Assembly: GCA_051362555.1 (NCBI GenBank)
Contig: CM120642.1
Coordinates: forward strand, 18,166,001-18,230,000
DNA from: Lingula anatina
Lineage: Eukaryota; Animalia; Brachiopoda
DNA length: 64,000 nt
Direction: 5' to 3'
This document shows, piece after piece, positions 61,696-64,000 of the stretch. The position numbers and the translations under genes were made by a program. Each line of letters opens with the position of its first letter. Positions within the stretch are counted from its first letter, which is position 1. Below the pieces are notes generated by a model. The model ran no database searches, was not told where the DNA came from, and was given only the letters and a program-made list of their open reading frames with translations.

Positions 61696-64000
61696 ATGAG
61701 TCAAACACAGCCGTGGCAGGTTCCTGGGTTTGACCCTGCTGCCAGTGGCAAGGTGCAGATGTTCAACCCAGCCCAGTTTGACAATATTCATCAACAGCCA
61801 CCATCACAACAACAACAACATCAACAGCAGCAACAACAGCAACATAATGAAAACAATCAACAACAACAATACCCAACCACAGATGGGTTTCAACTCAACC
61901 CCAATGCAGCCAGCTTTAACAGCACTGGTTTTTCCCCCATGGACCCTGCAAACATGGCAGCCCCATATATTATGAATGGGGGCTATGATAACAACTGGGG
62001 ACAGCAGAGCTGGGGAACGGACTCCTGGAACCAGTGGAGCCAGCCAGCGGGGCAGTATGGCTGGAATGGTGGGGATGGCAGTGGCTATGGGGGAACTCAG
62101 GGGGATTGGCAGAATCTCGAACCAGGGGACGAGTGGGCCACCCAGGGGAATGAGCAGTGGAATACCCAGGGGAATGAGGAATGGAATAGTAATACCCAGG
62201 GGAATGAATGGAATGCCCATGGGAATGATGAATGGAATACCCAAGGAAATGGTGGGTGGACACAGGATCAGTCTCAGCAGGATGGGGAACAACTGACCAA
62301 CCATGTCCAGTCTGGTCAGTTTTACTCCAGTGACCAAGGGCAACATGTAGATGGACATGTGCCACAGAACACTGGGCAGCATGTTTATCAGGAGGACACA
62401 GGGGAGCAGAAGGAACAACAGGAAGGTTACCATAGCAACACTGATTATGAACAGTTTCCAAGTTTAAATGTCGATGGTATTGATCAGGTGCCTGATCATG
62501 ACAATTTGCAACCTGTGAAAAATAAAGAGGAAATACCTGTTACGTCAGATGTTTCTGGTGGTGATCCAACTGTCAACAATCAGTACCTTGCACCAGGCGG
62601 ACAGACTGGTTTGGTGAGGAATTTATCAAACATAAGTGATTCTAGTCTCGTGACAGTGAACTTCTCCCGTCAGAATTCTGAGTATGAGAGGGATGATAGA
62701 GAAAAGCTAAGGGAGCAAGTGGCCACTTTATCCATTCAGGATACCCTAGGGGAGCACAGAGGTGATCCTGCTGGTGCACAGGTCTTTAACCCTCATGCTC
62801 ACTTCAGTAACCCCGATATGCAATCACACTCCCCCTTTGATGACCTGGTTCAAGGGCAAGGTCATCAGCAGGGTGAAGGTCAGGTCGGAGGTCAAATGGA
62901 AGTGAAGGTTGCACCAGGTCACAGTACGGAGAGCTCTTTTAACAAGCCACTTTTTGTTGTAGGGGGTTCTGCTGACACCTCGGCTCACAACAGTGCCGCA
63001 GGGTCCCCTGCTCCTCCGGACGTTCACCCGGAACAGCAACAGCAGAATGCTCAGGTACATTCCCACCCTCAGCACATCCAACAACAACCACCACCAGAGG
63101 GCAGTGGTGCACCAGTCCAAGACAGACTACCTTCAGACCACCAGCAGCATGGAAGACCTCCATCCTCTCAATCTGTTCATTCTAATGCCAGTGGGCAGAG
63201 TGGAGATAGACTGCTCCACAGTCATGGAGAGGCTGCCTCTATTTCTACCACCACTGGTCAGAATACAGAAACTGTGAACCCTGCCAAAGATAATGTACAC
63301 AGTCCTGGGGTAGACCTTAGTAGCCCACTGCCTCCTCCTCCTCCTATGGTGGGCAAAGGGGGAGAGAATCCTTACAGGAAAAGCCCTATGAATGCACCAG
63401 TACCACCAGTGGAGACAACACAGTCGCATCAACCCAGTGTTGGCAGTGGAGATGGCGGCACCTCCCCTGAGGTCCATATGGATATATTTGCCAGCACGAT
63501 TACACCAAGAAAGGAGAGCCCATTCCAACCCCCGCTGAGGGCGCCCAAGATCCTCCCGCACCCGGAGGCACTACAGCACACAGATACCGCTGCTGGTAAG
63601 CCAGAGGTTTCTGAACATTCCAAGTCTGGTCATCCTGTGTCTGTGACCCAGGCGGACCTCAGGAGCGCAGATGCCCCTCCCCCTGGGAGTCCCCAGCGTA
63701 GGTTATCAACACAGAGACTACGAGACCATCACAACATGTCTCCTGCAACAACTCTATGGGAAAATCCAGCTCCACTGTCTCTGGTTGCTAATAATATACT
63801 TTTGGCTCCAGCAGCCTCAACTATAAGTCCGATGACAGTGGATCGGACTCCAGTTAAACCAGCTGGGCCTGCAGGAGTGCAGCCAACTTTACCAGCTGAA
63901 AGTCATTTAGGGATAGTCCCTCATCAAAGTGATAATTACAGTGATACCTCCTCTCTGAAGTCTGAAGACGTCGAGGTCAGTAAGATTACAGCTGCCCCAG
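61696..64000 (+). CDS. SEC16A: Probable SEC16 (ER exit-site scaffold), large low-complexity N-terminal exon, 3'-partial
   Basis: Acceptor at 61684, ATG at 61696, frame open to the window end (>760 codons; absent from the ORF track because it has no stop). Poly-Q, W/G/N repeats, Pro/Ser-rich. The motif SPATTLWENP...NNILLAPAA (63739-63816) resembles the SPATTLW...NVLLAPAA segment I recall from vertebrate SEC16A. The conserved central domain lies outside the window. Confidence 0.7.
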   Translation, partial: MSQTQPWQVPGFDPAASGKVQMFNPAQFDNIHQQPPSQQQQHQQQQQQQHNENNQQQQYPTTDGFQLNPNAASFNSTGFSPMDPANMAAPYIMNGGYDNNWGQQSWGTDSWNQWSQPAGQYGWNGGDGSGYGGTQGDWQNLEPGDEWATQGNEQWNTQGNEEWNSNTQGNEWNAHGNDEWNTQGNGGWTQDQSQQDGEQLTNHVQSGQFYSSDQGQHVDGHVPQNTGQHVYQEDTGEQKEQQEGYHSNTDYEQFPSLNVDGIDQVPDHDNLQPVKNKEEIPVTSDVSGGDPTVNNQYLAPGGQTGLVRNLSNISDSSLVTVNFSRQNSEYERDDREKLREQVATLSIQDTLGEHRGDPAGAQVFNPHAHFSNPDMQSHSPFDDLVQGQGHQQGEGQVGGQMEVKVAPGHSTESSFNKPLFVVGGSADTSAHNSAAGSPAPPDVHPEQQQQNAQVHSHPQHIQQQPPPEGSGAPVQDRLPSDHQQHGRPPSSQSVHSNASGQSGDRLLHSHGEAASISTTTGQNTETVNPAKDNVHSPGVDLSSPLPPPPPMVGKGGENPYRKSPMNAPVPPVETTQSHQPSVGSGDGGTSPEVHMDIFASTITPRKESPFQPPLRAPKILPHPEALQHTDTAAGKPEVSEHSKSGHPVSVTQADLRSADAPPPGSPQRRLSTQRLRDHHNMSPATTLWENPAPLSLVANNILLAPAASTISPMTVDRTPVKPAGPAGVQPTLPAESHLGIVPHQSDNYSDTSSLKSEDVEVSKITAAP

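Noticed and set aside
61804-63561. Long minus-strand and alternate-frame ORFs (209, 163, 142 aa)
   Set aside because: Shadows of the low-complexity plus-strand reading frame that starts at 61696.

Overview
AT-rich, intron-containing metazoan (invertebrate, probably lophotrochozoan; taxon is inference only) genomic window. In order it holds: (1) four exons of the LIM-homeobox gene Lhx3/4 (+, first exon not located); (2) a tandem array of five paralogous four-exon genes on the minus strand (14.6-35.5 kb), each encoding a ~330-340 aa secreted protein with signal peptide + LamG/pentraxin (ConA-like) domain + PAN/apple-like domain, one with a destroyed splice acceptor; (3) many MITEs and a decayed Tc1/mariner element, two insertions (this element and one MITE) having empty sites visible in paralogous copies; (4) an unusual ~3 kb TATA-driven unit (41.65-44.76 kb) built from ~24 copies of a 53-bp repeat interrupted by eight near-identical 65-66-nt GT-AG introns, with no maintained reading frame (candidate spliced repeat lncRNA); (5) TRMT1L (+), convergent with SEC22B (-); (6) SEC22B head-to-head with a probable SEC16 gene (+, runs off the window) across a promoter with a perfect TGACGTGG (UPRE/CREB3-type) element. 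Exon coordinates were derived by hand from GT-AG boundaries and reading-frame continuity; no database searches were run.
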